This document shows, in pieces, positions 38,309 through 49,468 of a stretch of 64,000 nucleotides of DNA. Under the pieces are notes generated by a model, which made no database searches, was not told the DNA's origin, and worked only from the letters and a program-made list of their open reading frames with translations. The translations under genes and the position numbers were made by a program. The stretch is from contig JAZDDX010000016.1 of the NCBI GenBank assembly GCA_043809315.1, forward strand, positions 1 through 64,000. The letters are read 5' to 3'. Source of the stretch: Pseudomonadota bacterium. Lineage in GTDB: Bacteria > Bdellovibrionota_G > JALEGL01 > DATDPG01. How positions within the stretch are numbered: the stretch's first letter is position 1; the number at the start of each line of letters is the position of its first letter.

Positions 38309-40045
38309 GTGAGAGAAAAGAACCTCGCCACTCTTTTCCAGAATCGCGTCTACCGCTTCGGGGGACGCCCGGCACTCATCTACAAACGGGGCGGGGCTTG
38401 GACGGAGCTGACGTTCGAACAGGTAGCCATCGCCGTGGAGGAAACGGGGCGCGGACTCTTGGCGCTCGGCGTGGGGAGTGGTGAACGAGTTGGCATTTTC
38501 GCTGATAACCGCCCGGAATGGCTCTATCTCGATCTCGCGATTCAATCGATCGGAGCGGTGTCGGTCCCGATCTATGCGGGGAGCTCGGAGGGGCAGTCGG
38601 AGTTCATCCTTCGCCATTCGGGAGCCAAGATCGTGGCGGTCGGAGGTGAGGAGCCGGAGAAACATCTTCTCTCGATTCATGCGAGAACGCCGTTTCGTAA
38701 GATCATCTTTCTCGACGAGACGGTCCACGAGGATGATTCGTCACTCGCGTCGTTCGCTTCCCTTCGTGAGCAAGGGCGAAGTGGAAAGGCGACCGCTTTC
38801 TACGATCGCCTCGAGAAAGTGGGCGCCGACGACCTCTCCACCCTTCTCTACACCTCGGGAAACGAGGGGGATCCGAAAGGGGTTGTACTGACCCACGGGA
38901 ATATCCTCGCGAACGCGCTTGGCGCTGCCTCGGTCTTCCCGATCGGGGAGGAGGACCGCTCACTCTCGTTCCTGCCGCTCAGTCATGCCTTCGCGCGAAC
39001 CGCCGGGGTCTTCGCCCCTTGGTCTCTCGGCTGCGCGATCGCACTCACGGAAAGCGTTTCGAAGCTGCCGGAAGACCTTCTTGAGGTGAAGCCGACGGTT
39101 CTCTTGACCGTCCCGGGGGTCCTGGAAAGATTCTATCGAAAGGTAAGGGAGGAGATCGCACACCGCAACCGCCTCGTCCGCTGGCTCTTCAAGATCGCCA
39201 TCCAACGTCGCGCGCGAGGGTTGGCCGGGGCTTTGTTCGAATCGCTCTTCTACCGCGCGATCCGGGAACGTTTCGGCGGGAAACTCCGACACCTCGTCTC
39301 CGGCGGAGCCGCGCTGAACCCGAGAGTGGCCGACTTCTTCGACACCATCGGGATCGGGATCCTCGAAGGGTACGGCTTGACCGAGGTTTCGCCGATCGTC
39401 TCCGTGAACCTTCCCGGCAACCGGCGAAAAGGAACCGTCGGACGTCCGATTCCGTCGGTCGAGATCCGGATCGCGGAGGACCGAGAGGTTCTCGTCAAGG
39501 GTCCGGGCGTGATGAAGGAGTACTTCGGCGATCCGGAAGCGACCCGCGCGATGATCGGATCTGACGGTTACCTGCGCACCGGCGACATCGGGACTCTCGA
39601 CAGTCATGGGTTTCTGACCTTGATCGACCGCAAAAAGGAGATCCTCGTGACGTCGAGAGGGAAAAACATCCCTCCGCAGGTCGTGGAGAACCAGCTCCGG
39701 AGTCATTCGTTGATCGAGCAGGCCTGCGCGATCGGAGACGGACGGGAATATCTGGCGGCGCTGATCGTCCCAAACTTCGTCCTACTCGCCGAATTGGCGA
39801 AGCGGCACCGGATCAGAACCGGTGACCGAGAGGCTCTCGTCCGCGATCCGACGATCCGCGGTTGGTTCTCCTCGATCGTCGAGCGGGTGAACAGCGGGCT
39901 GGCGCGCGACGAAACGGTCCAACGGTTCGAGCTTCTGACCGATCCGTTTACGATCGAAAACGGCGAGCTGACGCTCACTTTGAAACTTCGGCGAAACGTG
40001 ATCTTGAAGCGCTACGCGGCGATCGTCGGCCGAATCTATCTTTAA
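38309..40045 (+). CDS. Long-chain fatty acid--CoA ligase (AMP-binding)
   Basis: YTSG..PKG, EGYGLTE, TGDIG, DRKK, ELTLTLK. Confidence 0.88.
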   Translation: MREKNLATLFQNRVYRFGGRPALIYKRGGAWTELTFEQVAIAVEETGRGLLALGVGSGERVGIFADNRPEWLYLDLAIQSIGAVSVPIYAGSSEGQSEFILRHSGAKIVAVGGEEPEKHLLSIHARTPFRKIIFLDETVHEDDSSLASFASLREQGRSGKATAFYDRLEKVGADDLSTLLYTSGNEGDPKGVVLTHGNILANALGAASVFPIGEEDRSLSFLPLSHAFARTAGVFAPWSLGCAIALTESVSKLPEDLLEVKPTVLLTVPGVLERFYRKVREEIAHRNRLVRWLFKIAIQRRARGLAGALFESLFYRAIRERFGGKLRHLVSGGAALNPRVADFFDTIGIGILEGYGLTEVSPIVSVNLPGNRRKGTVGRPIPSVEIRIAEDREVLVKGPGVMKEYFGDPEATRAMIGSDGYLRTGDIGTLDSHGFLTLIDRKKEILVTSRGKNIPPQVVENQLRSHSLIEQACAIGDGREYLAALIVPNFVLLAELAKRHRIRTGDREALVRDPTIRGWFSSIVERVNSGLARDETVQRFELLTDPFTIENGELTLTLKLRRNVILKRYAAIVGRIYL

Positions 40046-40124
40046 TTATAATATTTTCAGTATCTTGGAATAATTTACACGGGGGTACTCGCGTGGTATA
40101 GCCTCGCTCAATCGAAGGCGGAAG

Positions 40125-41993
40125 ATGACCGTACAACCCGATACTCTTTCGACCGTCGACGGAATCGATCCGGACCACCTGTTTCATCCGACGGTCGATC
40201 AACGCCCCGCGGAGATCGCTGAGGTCTCGGGCGCGGGGATCTGGCTCCTCGACCGGGAGATGAAGGTCCTCTTCATGAACCGGGTCATGGAGGAGATCTA
40301 CGGGTCGATCACCGGAAAGCCGGCGCCGTACTGTTATCAGCTCTTTCGCGGTCGAACCGAAAAATGTGCCGACTGTCTTCCCGAGCGCGCGTTCGCCACG
40401 GGGCAGATCATCCTCGGGTACCTCTCGCGTCTCACCCCGGACGGCGTTCATCGCTACTATCAGGTGATCGAGGCTCCGCTCCTGGACGAGAACAACCGGA
40501 TCACACGGGTTCTCGAGATCCTTCTCGACATCACCGAAAAAGGGCGTCTCGAACAGACCCTGAGAACCTCTGAAGCGGAATATCGGGCGCTTTTCGAACA
40601 TGCCGGCACGGCAGTGGCGGTAGTCGGGGAGGATGGCGTGATCCTCCGCGTCAACCAGCGCTTCGAGGAACTCTCCGGGTATTCGAGGAGTGAGATCGAA
40701 GGACACAGCCGATACGACCAATTCGTCCATCCGAAGGACCGACAGCGTCTTCTGACTCCGACGACAAAACCGAACGGAACGCCGGAACCGTACCAGTTTT
40801 CGTTTCTGAACCGCTGGGGGAACGAGCGATACGTTCACGCAACGATCACTCGCCTCCCCTCTCTCCATCACCAGGTCTTTTCGATGATCGATTTGACCGG
40901 CATGCGGAAACTCGAGCGCGAGATCTGGAGCAAAGACCAGTTCCTCGCGAACATCCTCCACCACTCCGTCGATGCGATCGCGGCACTGGATCCGCAAGAG
41001 TTGATCCGCTCTTGGAACCGGGGGGCGGAGCTGATGTTCGGGTACAGCTCGGACGAAATCGTGGGAAAACCTTTTTCCACGCTACTCCCCCCCGAATTCA
41101 TCCAATCGGACGAATTCGAACGGATCTCGATCCGGTTCCGGAAAGACGGCTTTGCCCGGAACGCCCTTCTCCCAGCGGTCGCAAAAGACGGACGGACGCT
41201 CACGATCAACATGACCCGCACGGCGATCACGGATTCCGAAGGGGGGGATCTCGGAAGCTCCGTCATGATCCGGGACGAGACGGAACAGCGGAAGCTCGAG
41301 CAACGGATGATCCAACAGGAGAAGACGCTGGCGCTCGGAGAGCTGGCCGCGGGACTGGCGCACGAGATCAAGAACCCTCTCAATTCGCTCGTGATCCATA
41401 CCGAAGTATTACGGGGTCATCTATCCGACCTGGCCGGCCCCCACCGGGCTGCGTTCGATCGTTACGAGGAGATCGTTCTGAAGGAGGTCCAGCGGCTCGA
41501 CAAGGTCGTTGAACGGGTTCTCAATTTTTCCAAGCCGATGGAGGGGGTTTTCGAGAGGATCGATCTGCGCGAAATCGTCACTCACGTGACTCAGCTCCTC
41601 TCGGCTCAAGCGAGCCGCGAGCATGTCGATCTCCGTACCAAGGTACCGGACAACCTGCCGCCGATCGAAGGGGTCCGCGACCATCTGATCCAGATCTTCA
41701 TCAACCTCCTGCTGAACGCCTTCCAGGCGATGCCGAAAGGGGGGGTGGCGACGATCGATGTCCGGAAGGGACAGAAGCAGAGCGTGATCGTCTCGATCTC
41801 CGACACCGGCGTCGGGATCCCGAAACCGAATTATGCCCGCGTGTTCGATCCGTATTTCTCCACGAAGGAGAAAGGGCGCGGGCTGGGGCTGCCGCTCGTC
41901 AAACGTCTCGTCACAACTCAAGGAGGCACGATCTCGTTCAAGAGTCGCGTGAACCATGGCACGACATTCATCCTCACATTCTCCTTCGCCTGA
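40125..41993 (+). CDS. Multi-PAS sensor histidine kinase
   Basis: Three PAS-like domains, AHEIKNP H-box, NAFQA, DTGVG, GLGL. Confidence 0.93.
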   Translation: MTVQPDTLSTVDGIDPDHLFHPTVDQRPAEIAEVSGAGIWLLDREMKVLFMNRVMEEIYGSITGKPAPYCYQLFRGRTEKCADCLPERAFATGQIILGYLSRLTPDGVHRYYQVIEAPLLDENNRITRVLEILLDITEKGRLEQTLRTSEAEYRALFEHAGTAVAVVGEDGVILRVNQRFEELSGYSRSEIEGHSRYDQFVHPKDRQRLLTPTTKPNGTPEPYQFSFLNRWGNERYVHATITRLPSLHHQVFSMIDLTGMRKLEREIWSKDQFLANILHHSVDAIAALDPQELIRSWNRGAELMFGYSSDEIVGKPFSTLLPPEFIQSDEFERISIRFRKDGFARNALLPAVAKDGRTLTINMTRTAITDSEGGDLGSSVMIRDETEQRKLEQRMIQQEKTLALGELAAGLAHEIKNPLNSLVIHTEVLRGHLSDLAGPHRAAFDRYEEIVLKEVQRLDKVVERVLNFSKPMEGVFERIDLREIVTHVTQLLSAQASREHVDLRTKVPDNLPPIEGVRDHLIQIFINLLLNAFQAMPKGGVATIDVRKGQKQSVIVSISDTGVGIPKPNYARVFDPYFSTKEKGRGLGLPLVKRLVTTQGGTISFKSRVNHGTTFILTFSFA

Positions 41994-42030
41994 GTCGATC
42001 CCGGATCCCCGTCCCCCGTCGAAAGGGGGG

Positions 42031-43386
42031 GTGCCGGAACGGAAACGGATTCTCGTCGTCGACGACGAGGAGTCGGCCCGTTCGGGTCTCCAGGAACTGA
42101 TCGAGAGCTGGGGGTTCGAAACGGAAGCGGCCGAAGACGGCCGGACGGCGCTCGACAAGATCAAGTCGTTCCGCCCGCACCTGATCCTGACCGACCTCGT
42201 CATGCCCCGGATGGACGCGATCGCGCTCTTAAAGAAAGTCGATCTCCGGGAGGTCCAGGTGATCCTCCTGACCGCGCAGGGGAGCATCGACTCCGCCGTC
42301 GAGGCGATCAAGCTCGGAGCGTACGACTACCTCACCAAACCGGTCGACATCGTCCGGCTCAAGCGCCTTCTCGAACACCTGGCCGAGAAGCTCGACACAG
42401 ACGAGGAAGTGAAGCGGTTGCGGTATCAGCTCCGGCAGCTCGGTTCGTTCGGCCGTCTCCACGGGACCTCGCCGGCCATGCAGGAGCTTTTCCGGCAGAT
42501 CGAAGTGGCGGCTCCCAGCAGTGCGTCGGTGTTGATCGCGGGCTCCAGCGGCACCGGCAAGGAACTGGTCGCGCGGACCATCCACGACTTGAGTCCCCGC
42601 CGGAACGCCCCGTTCATCGCGATCAACTGTTCCGCGATCCCGGCGACGCTCCTCGAAAGCGAGTTGTTCGGGCACGAGCGCGGCGCGTTCACGGGAGCGG
42701 TCAAGACCAAGGAGGGGTGTTTCGAGCTTGCGGACGGCGGGACGTTGTTCCTCGACGAGATCGCGACGATGGCGCTCGAGCTGCAAACGAAACTCCTTCG
42801 CGTCCTTGAGAACGGCCGGTTCCGGCGTGTCGGCGGACGGGATGAGCTGCACGCCAATGTCCGCCTGATCGCGGCATCCAACATCCGCTTCGACGACGCG
42901 ATCCGGGACGCGGTCTTCCGGGAGGACCTGTACTATCGGCTCAATGTGTTCCAGCTCTCGCTTCCCACTCTCCGTGAACGGGTCGCCGACATCCCGCTCC
43001 TGGCACAACATTTCGTCGACGAAATGTCCGAGAGGAATCATAAGGAGATCCGCTCGATCCATCCGGACGCGATGAACTGCCTCAAACACTTTGCGTGGCC
43101 GGGGAACGTCCGGGAATTGAAAAACACGATCGAACGGGCGGTGATCGTCGCGCGAGAGAAAACCATCCTGCTGCAGGATCTTCCCGAAGCGATCCGCCAG
43201 CATCCGGCTCAAGGGCCGGTCCTGTCGTTCCCGGTGGGAACCCCGATGGATGAAATCGAAAAGACGGCGATTCTCCGAACGCTCGACTTGACCGGCGGGA
43301 ACAAGACCGAGGCGGCAAAACTGTTAGGGCTCAGTCTCAAAACACTTCACAACAAGGTGAACCAGTACCGGGCGAGACCGGGGTAA
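42031..43386 (+). CDS. Sigma54-dependent response regulator (NtrC family; start approximate)
   Basis: REC domain (VVDD), GSSGTGKE, GAFTGA, FLDEI, WPGNVREL, Fis-type HTH. Confidence 0.95.
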   Translation: MPERKRILVVDDEESARSGLQELIESWGFETEAAEDGRTALDKIKSFRPHLILTDLVMPRMDAIALLKKVDLREVQVILLTAQGSIDSAVEAIKLGAYDYLTKPVDIVRLKRLLEHLAEKLDTDEEVKRLRYQLRQLGSFGRLHGTSPAMQELFRQIEVAAPSSASVLIAGSSGTGKELVARTIHDLSPRRNAPFIAINCSAIPATLLESELFGHERGAFTGAVKTKEGCFELADGGTLFLDEIATMALELQTKLLRVLENGRFRRVGGRDELHANVRLIAASNIRFDDAIRDAVFREDLYYRLNVFQLSLPTLRERVADIPLLAQHFVDEMSERNHKEIRSIHPDAMNCLKHFAWPGNVRELKNTIERAVIVAREKTILLQDLPEAIRQHPAQGPVLSFPVGTPMDEIEKTAILRTLDLTGGNKTEAAKLLGLSLKTLHNKVNQYRARPG

Positions 43387-43397
43387 AGCACGGGTCG

Positions 43398-43410
43398 CGT
43401 AAATTTTACG
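43398..43410. promoter_or_regulatory. Palindrome, candidate enhancer (UAS) for the NtrC-type activator
   Basis: CGTAAA-T-TTTACG, ~200 bp upstream of a sigma54 promoter; degenerate copy GGTAATTTTTTCG at 43471-43483. Confidence 0.45.
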
Positions 43411-43586
43411 TAAGAACTATTTAAGCTCACGGTTTAAGAGCCCAGGGTGGAGCGTGACGAACCTACGTTTGGTAATTTTTTCGTGAAGTGGTTGCTAGAT
43501 TTGACCCACAGTGCACCTGTCTAAGGTTTTTACAAAAAAGTGCTGCGAATTCGGTTGGATATCGTTGTCGCAGAAAAACGACTCCT

Positions 43587-43602
43587 TGGTATGAGGATTG
43601 CA
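43587..43602 (+). promoter_or_regulatory. Sigma54 (-24/-12) promoter
   Basis: TGGTATGAGGATTGCA = GG-N10-GC. Confidence 0.7.
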
Positions 43603-43612
43603 GTTCTCAGTT

Positions 43613-43799
43613 CCGCCTGAGAACTGTGTAGGCTAAGGGAATTCAGTTGAGAGGGGTGGTAGCCACTACCTCATTTCCCCCTACAACAAATGGTACCAAG
43701 TTCTCTCAGCTTCGGTCTGCTGGTTCCAGGCATAGTTAGGCGGCTAAGGGTGTCGTTCTTCCCCTCCTTCGAATGAACCCTTAGCCGTCCTTGTTTTTT
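43613..43799 (+). ncRNA. Candidate sigma54-dependent sRNA (Pxr-like arrangement)
   Basis: Lies between a sigma54 promoter and an intrinsic terminator; several stems; no ORF with an RBS. Confidence 0.6.
43741..43799 (+). terminator. Rho-independent terminator with C-rich loop
   Basis: CGGCTAAGGGT (43741-43751)/ACCCTTAGCCG (43777-43787) stem followed by TTGTTTTTT. Confidence 0.8.
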
Positions 43800-43803
43800 C
43801 TGC

Positions 43804-46239
43804 TTACCCGACGCGAACTAGATTCAGTTTGTCCTGCCAGACCTGTTCGAGAAACCAGGTCAGGTGCGCATGCCCAGGACGGCGAAGGTCACGATCTTCT
43901 TCGAGAAGCGTGAAAGCCTCCCGGCGAGCCGACTCGAGAAGACTGAGATCCCGGGGGAAAACGGCTACGGCAAAGCTCGGAAAACCAGATTGCTCGACGC
44001 CGAAGAAATCGCCCGGCCCCCGCACCCGGAGGTCTTCTTCCGCCAGAAGGAAGCCATCGTGAACCCGCGCGAAAACCCGCAGGCGGTTACGCGCCGTAAC
44101 CGAAACTCCGCTCGGGACGATCAGGAGACAGCTCGACTTCTCGCTTCCCCGCCCCACCCTGCCGCGCAATTGATGGAGCTGCGAAAGCCCGAACCGCTCG
44201 GGATGTTCGATGACCATCACGGTGGCGTTCGGAACGTCGATCCCGACCTCGATCACCGTCGTCGAGACGAGAACGTCGATCTCCCCGCGCACGAACTTGC
44301 CCATCACCTCTTCCTTCTGGAGACCGGGCATCTGTCCGTGGATCAGCGCGACCCGGAAGTCTCGGAATGGTCCCTCCTTGAGCTCCTCGGCCATGCTGGT
44401 GGCGTCTTTCGCCTGGAGTTGCTCCGACGGCTCGACGAGCGGGTAGACGACGTACGCCTGCTGCCCTTCCGAGACCGCCTTTCGAACCTCGGCATAGACC
44501 CGCTCCCGATCTTTCTCGGAGTAGAGGTTCGTTTCGATCGGCTTCCGCCCGGCCGGAAGTTCGTTCAGGATCGACACGTCGAGGTCGCCGTAGAGGGTGA
44601 GAGCGAGCGTGCGCGGGATTGGCGTGGCCGACATGACGAGAACGTCGGGTGCGAGGGCTTTCGAACGAATCGTCGCTCGCTGGCGGACACCGAACCGGTG
44701 CTGCTCGTCGACGACGACGAACCCGAGTGATTTGAAACGGACGTCTTTTTCGAGAAGCGCGTGCGTGCCGACGAGGATGTCGATCTTCCCCTCTTCGACA
44801 TCGCGCAATACCTCTTTCCGTTCCGACGTGGAGAGACAGCCGAGAAGACAACCGATGCGGATCCCCACCTGTTTTCCCCACGACGTGAGCGTGCGCAGAT
44901 GTTGTTCCGCCAGAATCTCCGTCGGTGCCATGAACCCCGCTTGGTATCCGTGATCGACTGCGACCAGCGCCGCAAGCATGGCAACGATCGTTTTGCCGCT
45001 TCCCACGTCCCCCTGCAGGAGACGATTCATCGGTCGCGCGGCCGCCATGTCGGACCGGATCGACTCCAGGACCTTTTTCTGCGCGTCGGTCAGCCGGAAC
45101 GGGAGCACGTCGATCAGTTTCCCGTACCGCGGGCTCTCCCGGTCAAACGCAATTCCGGGCTGTCCCGATACGATCCGTTTCCGGAGAGCGAGCGAGAGGC
45201 AGTAGAAAAAGAGTTCCTCGAACGCCAACGAACGCTCCAAAATCTCTCGGCGATCCTGCTTCGGTTCGCCAGCCGGCGCGTGGAGCTCGGCGATCGCCTT
45301 CCACGGGGGAAGCAAATCGAGCCGCTCGCAAATCTCCGGGGGAATCACGCACCTACGCTCCCCGGCATACGTCGCGACGGCGTAGTTCAGGACTTTCCGG
45401 AGCGTCTTCTGGTAGAGGCCGCCGACCTCCCGATAGACCGGGACGATCCGGCCGAACGAAACAGAGTCGAGTTGCCCGGTGTGAACCTCGAAATCGGGGT
45501 GATACATCTCGACCTTCGAACGGTAGACCTTGGTCTTGCCGCAAACGATGAGGCGCTGCCCCCGTTTGACCCTCTGCTCCAGGCTCCCGAGGATGAAGTG
45601 AAACCATTTGAGTTTCATGCTCCCGGTCTCGTCTTCGATCGTGACCTCGAAAACCCGCCGCCGGAGCCCCCGATAGAAGGCGACGCCGCTGAATGTGACC
45701 GTCCCGATGACCGTGGCCGCGACACCGTCCTTGAGTTCCCGGATCGGCGTAATCGCCCGGCGGTCTTCGTACCGGAGCGGAAAGAACATCAGAAGGTCCC
45801 CCACGTTCCGGATTCCGACCCGGTCGAACTTCGAGGCGATCGACGGGCCGACCCCTTTGACGAATTGAACGTTCCCGCCGAGACGTTGATACGAAAGCTT
45901 GAGTGCCGAGGTATCGGGGACGGGATGTTCCTGCAGGAGGAAGCTCCGCATGCGCGGCTGTCGGGCCGGCTTCCCGGAGATCAGGGAGCGGGCCTCGGAG
46001 ATCCGGCGTCTCTTCTCCTCGTCGCCGAGATCGTCGTACCCCGAGAACAGTTCCTGCAGGGCCCGGAACATCCGCATCTCCCTCTCTGCAAGATTCGAAG
46101 CAAGTGCCTCCCGGCTGACGTCGAGAACGTGTTGCGAGAGATTCTTGACCGTTTGAATCCGACGGGGGTCCCCTTCATCGACATACTTGAGAGGTCGTTC
46201 GATCGCCTCGAGGTAGTCTCGCGGCCCCTCTTCCGTCAT
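43804..46239 (-). CDS. recG: ATP-dependent DNA helicase RecG
   Basis: GDVGSGKT, DEQHRFG, MSATPIPR, QLRGRVGRG, RGPGD. Confidence 0.97.
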   Translation of the reverse strand: MTEEGPRDYLEAIERPLKYVDEGDPRRIQTVKNLSQHVLDVSREALASNLAEREMRMFRALQELFSGYDDLGDEEKRRRISEARSLISGKPARQPRMRSFLLQEHPVPDTSALKLSYQRLGGNVQFVKGVGPSIASKFDRVGIRNVGDLLMFFPLRYEDRRAITPIRELKDGVAATVIGTVTFSGVAFYRGLRRRVFEVTIEDETGSMKLKWFHFILGSLEQRVKRGQRLIVCGKTKVYRSKVEMYHPDFEVHTGQLDSVSFGRIVPVYREVGGLYQKTLRKVLNYAVATYAGERRCVIPPEICERLDLLPPWKAIAELHAPAGEPKQDRREILERSLAFEELFFYCLSLALRKRIVSGQPGIAFDRESPRYGKLIDVLPFRLTDAQKKVLESIRSDMAAARPMNRLLQGDVGSGKTIVAMLAALVAVDHGYQAGFMAPTEILAEQHLRTLTSWGKQVGIRIGCLLGCLSTSERKEVLRDVEEGKIDILVGTHALLEKDVRFKSLGFVVVDEQHRFGVRQRATIRSKALAPDVLVMSATPIPRTLALTLYGDLDVSILNELPAGRKPIETNLYSEKDRERVYAEVRKAVSEGQQAYVVYPLVEPSEQLQAKDATSMAEELKEGPFRDFRVALIHGQMPGLQKEEVMGKFVRGEIDVLVSTTVIEVGIDVPNATVMVIEHPERFGLSQLHQLRGRVGRGSEKSSCLLIVPSGVSVTARNRLRVFARVHDGFLLAEEDLRVRGPGDFFGVEQSGFPSFAVAVFPRDLSLLESARREAFTLLEEDRDLRRPGHAHLTWFLEQVWQDKLNLVRVG

Positions 46240-46240
46240 G

Positions 46241-49200
46241 TTACGACCGGTTCCCCCGGAGGGACTGAAGCGTTCGGATCGAGACCGATCCCCCGAGAGC
46301 CGCCGCGATCGCCTTCGCCGCGGCCCATGATCCGGGAAGCGTCGTGAAGTACGGGATGTTCCTCTCGAGAGCACACCGGCGGATCGACCGCGAATCTTTG
46401 ACCGACGGTTTTCCCATCGTCGTGTTCATCACCAGGTCGACCTTGCGATTCAGGATCATGTCGACGACGTGGGGTCGTCCCTCGGCCACCTTATTCACCT
46501 GTTCGACCGGGATCCCACGCTCGAGAAGAAAGCGGGCGGTTCCGCGAGTCGAGACGATCCGGAAACCGTTTTCCCGCATCTGCCGGGCGATCTCGACCGC
46601 TCCCTCTTTGTCTTGATTGTTGACGCTCAAGAACACAACCCCCGAGCGCGGGAGAACGTTACCCGCCGCGTTCTGGGCTTTCCCGAACGCCAGCTCCCAA
46701 CGATCGTCCACCCCCATCACCTCGCCGGTTGATTTCATCTCCGGCCCCAACACCGGATCGACGTTCGAGAACCGGACAAACGGAAAAACCGGGGATTTGA
46801 CGGCGTAGTGTCCCGTCAACCTCCGTCGCTCCAGCTCCTCCGGTTTGAGCGTCCCTCCCAACATGATTCGGACCGCCTCCGCAACGAGCGGAATCCCGAT
46901 CGCTTTCGAAACGAAGGGAACGGTCCGTGAGGCGCGGGGGTTCACCTCCAGCACATAGAGCGTCTCCCCCTGCAGGGCGTACTGGATGTTCAGGAACCCT
47001 TTCACACGGAGCGCGACCGCGATCCGCTCGGTCTGATCTTGAATCTGTCGCAGGATCTTATCAGAGAGAGAGAAGGGGGGAAGGACACAGGAGGAGTCGC
47101 CCGAGTGAACCCCCGCCTGTTCCACATGCTGCATGATTCCCGCGACGAACGTTGCATGCCCATCGCTCAATCCATCGACGTCGATTTCGATCGAATTCTC
47201 GATGTACCGGTCGATCAGGACCGGATGCTCCGAGGAGGCCCGGACCGCTTGGGTGAGATAATCACCGAGTTCTTTCTCGTCGTAGACCACCTCCATCGAG
47301 CGCCCACCCAGGACATACGAGGGGCGAACCATGAGGGGATATCCGATCTTCGCGGCGACCGCTTGCGCCTCTTCCACCGATCGTGCCACTCCGGCCTCGG
47401 GCTGACGGATCCGGAGCTCTTCGAGGAGCCCCCGGAACCTCTCGCGATCCTCCGCCATATCGATCGCGTCGGGAGAGGTCCCTAGAATCGGAACCCCTGA
47501 TTCCGAGAGAAACTTCGCCAGTTTGAGCGGAGTCTGCCCGCCGAACTGGAGGATCACCCCTTTCGGTTTTTCGCGATCGAGGATTCCGATCACATCCTCG
47601 GCGGTCAACGGCTCGAAATAAAGGCGGTCGGAGGTATCGAAGTCGGTCGAGACGGTTTCCGGGTTGCAATTCACCATCAGGCTCTCGAGGTTCGATTCGC
47701 GGAGCGCCAGGCTGGCGTGCACGCAACAGTAATCGAACTCGATCCCCTGCCCGATCCGGTTCGGCCCGCTCCCCAAGATCACCACCTTGTCACGCGGTGT
47801 GGGGGGGGCCTCGTCCTCGGCGGCAAACGTGGAGTAGAGGTAGTTCGTGCGCGACTCGAACTCCGCCGCACAGGTGTCGACGGCGTGATAGACCGGACGA
47901 ACGCTGATCGCTTCCCGTCGGCTTCGGACCTCTTTTTCGTTCGACCCGAGGAGTTCGCCGAGCCTGCGATCGGAGAAGCCTAAGCCTTTGAGACGCATCC
48001 ACTCGTCCCGATCCAGCGTGTCGATCGGTACCGACTTCAAGCTCTCCTCTTCCCGGACGATTTCCTGGATCTGCGACAAGAACCACGGATCGATCCCCGT
48101 TGCCTCCGCCGCCGCCTCGACCGAAACGTTCCTCCGGAGAAGCTCGGCCAGAACCATGATCCGCTCCGGGACCGCCGTGCACATCATCCCGAGCAGTTCC
48201 TCGTCCGAGAGATTCTCCTTCCCCAGAGGCTTGAGCGATCCCCAGAAACCGTATTGCCCGATCTCGAGGGAACGGATCGCTTTCTGGAGCGATTCGCAGA
48301 ACGTCCCTCCGATCGCCATCACCTCCCCGACCGATTTCATCTGCGGGGTGAGCGACCGGTCCGACCCTTTGAACTTACCGAAATCGAACCGGGGGATCTT
48401 CGTCACGACGTAATCGATCGTCGGCTCGAACGAGGCTTTGGTGACCCGGGTGATATCGTTCGGGAGTTCATCGAGCGTGTAGCCGACCGCCAACTTCGCG
48501 GCCAACTTCGCGATCGGGTAGCCGGTCGCCTTCGAAGCGAGCGCCGAGCTGCGCGAGACGCGCGGGTTCATCTCGATCACGTAGACCTGGCCCGTCCCCG
48601 GATGAACCGCGAACTGGATGTTCGACCCGCCGGAATCGACGCCGATCTCCCGCATGATCGCGATCGAGTAGTCCCGGAGCCGCTGGTACTCGACGTCGGT
48701 CAGCGTCTGCGCCGGAGCGACGGTGATGCTGTCCCCCGTGTGAATCCCCACGGGGTCGAGGTTCTCGATCGAGCAGATCACGACGACGTTGTCGTTGCGG
48801 TCGCGCATCATCTCGAGCTCGAACTCTTTCCATCCGAGGATCGACTCCTCGACCAGCACCTCCCCGATCGGGCTCGACTCGAGCCCCCACCGGATCAGCT
48901 TTTCGTACTCCTCCGCGTTGTAGGCGACGGAAGCCCCCGCTCCGCCCAGCGTGTAGGAGGGGCGGATGATCGCCGGAAGGCGCACCGTTTCGAGCGCCTC
49001 GGCCGCTTCGTTGCGGTTCCGAATGTAAGCGCTGCGCGGGACCGGGACCCCGATCCGATCCATCGCCTCCTTGAACCGCTCACGGTTTTCCGCCTTTTCG
49101 ATCGACTCGACTCGCGCCCCGATCAGTTCGACGCGGCAGGCCTCCAGCACCCCCTGCCGATGGAGCGCCATCGCGAGGTTGAGCGCCGTCTGTCCTCCCA

Positions 49201-49468
49201 TCGTCGGAAGGATTGCGTCCGGTCGCTCACGCTCGACGATCTTGGTCAACGTCTCGACCGTCAGGGGCTCGACGTACGTGGCGTCGGCGTAAACCGGATC
49301 GGTCATGATCGTCGCCGGGTTGGAGTTCACGAGAATGAGACGATACCCCTCCTCTTTGAGGGCTTTGAGCGCTTGCGTTCCGCTGTAATCGAATTCGCAC
49401 GCCTGGCCGATCACGATCGGTCCCGATCCGATCAGGAGGATCGAGCGGATGTCGGTCCTCTTCGGCAT
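46241..49468 (-). CDS. carB: Carbamoyl-phosphate synthase large subunit
   Basis: [38 protein letters not shown] domain. Confidence 0.98.
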   Translation of the reverse strand: MPKRTDIRSILLIGSGPIVIGQACEFDYSGTQALKALKEEGYRLILVNSNPATIMTDPVYADATYVEPLTVETLTKIVERERPDAILPTMGGQTALNLAMALHRQGVLEACRVELIGARVESIEKAENRERFKEAMDRIGVPVPRSAYIRNRNEAAEALETVRLPAIIRPSYTLGGAGASVAYNAEEYEKLIRWGLESSPIGEVLVEESILGWKEFELEMMRDRNDNVVVICSIENLDPVGIHTGDSITVAPAQTLTDVEYQRLRDYSIAIMREIGVDSGGSNIQFAVHPGTGQVYVIEMNPRVSRSSALASKATGYPIAKLAAKLAVGYTLDELPNDITRVTKASFEPTIDYVVTKIPRFDFGKFKGSDRSLTPQMKSVGEVMAIGGTFCESLQKAIRSLEIGQYGFWGSLKPLGKENLSDEELLGMMCTAVPERIMVLAELLRRNVSVEAAAEATGIDPWFLSQIQEIVREEESLKSVPIDTLDRDEWMRLKGLGFSDRRLGELLGSNEKEVRSRREAISVRPVYHAVDTCAAEFESRTNYLYSTFAAEDEAPPTPRDKVVILGSGPNRIGQGIEFDYCCVHASLALRESNLESLMVNCNPETVSTDFDTSDRLYFEPLTAEDVIGILDREKPKGVILQFGGQTPLKLAKFLSESGVPILGTSPDAIDMAEDRERFRGLLEELRIRQPEAGVARSVEEAQAVAAKIGYPLMVRPSYVLGGRSMEVVYDEKELGDYLTQAVRASSEHPVLIDRYIENSIEIDVDGLSDGHATFVAGIMQHVEQAGVHSGDSSCVLPPFSLSDKILRQIQDQTERIAVALRVKGFLNIQYALQGETLYVLEVNPRASRTVPFVSKAIGIPLVAEAVRIMLGGTLKPEELERRRLTGHYAVKSPVFPFVRFSNVDPVLGPEMKSTGEVMGVDDRWELAFGKAQNAAGNVLPRSGVVFLSVNNQDKEGAVEIARQMRENGFRIVSTRGTARFLLERGIPVEQVNKVAEGRPHVVDMILNRKVDLVMNTTMGKPSVKDSRSIRRCALERNIPYFTTLPGSWAAAKAIAAALGGSVSIRTLQSLRGNRS

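Noticed and set aside
43690-43776. 28-aa ORF (MVPSSLSFG..) inside the candidate sRNA
   Set aside because: No RBS, and it runs into the terminator stem; not excluded without ribosome profiling.
2767-46347. Many long antisense or alternate-frame ORFs (e.g. 2767-4098, 11768-13930, 20152-22005, 27843-29774, 44761-46347)
   Set aside because: Shadow ORFs of high-GC coding sequence opposite well-supported genes; no motifs.
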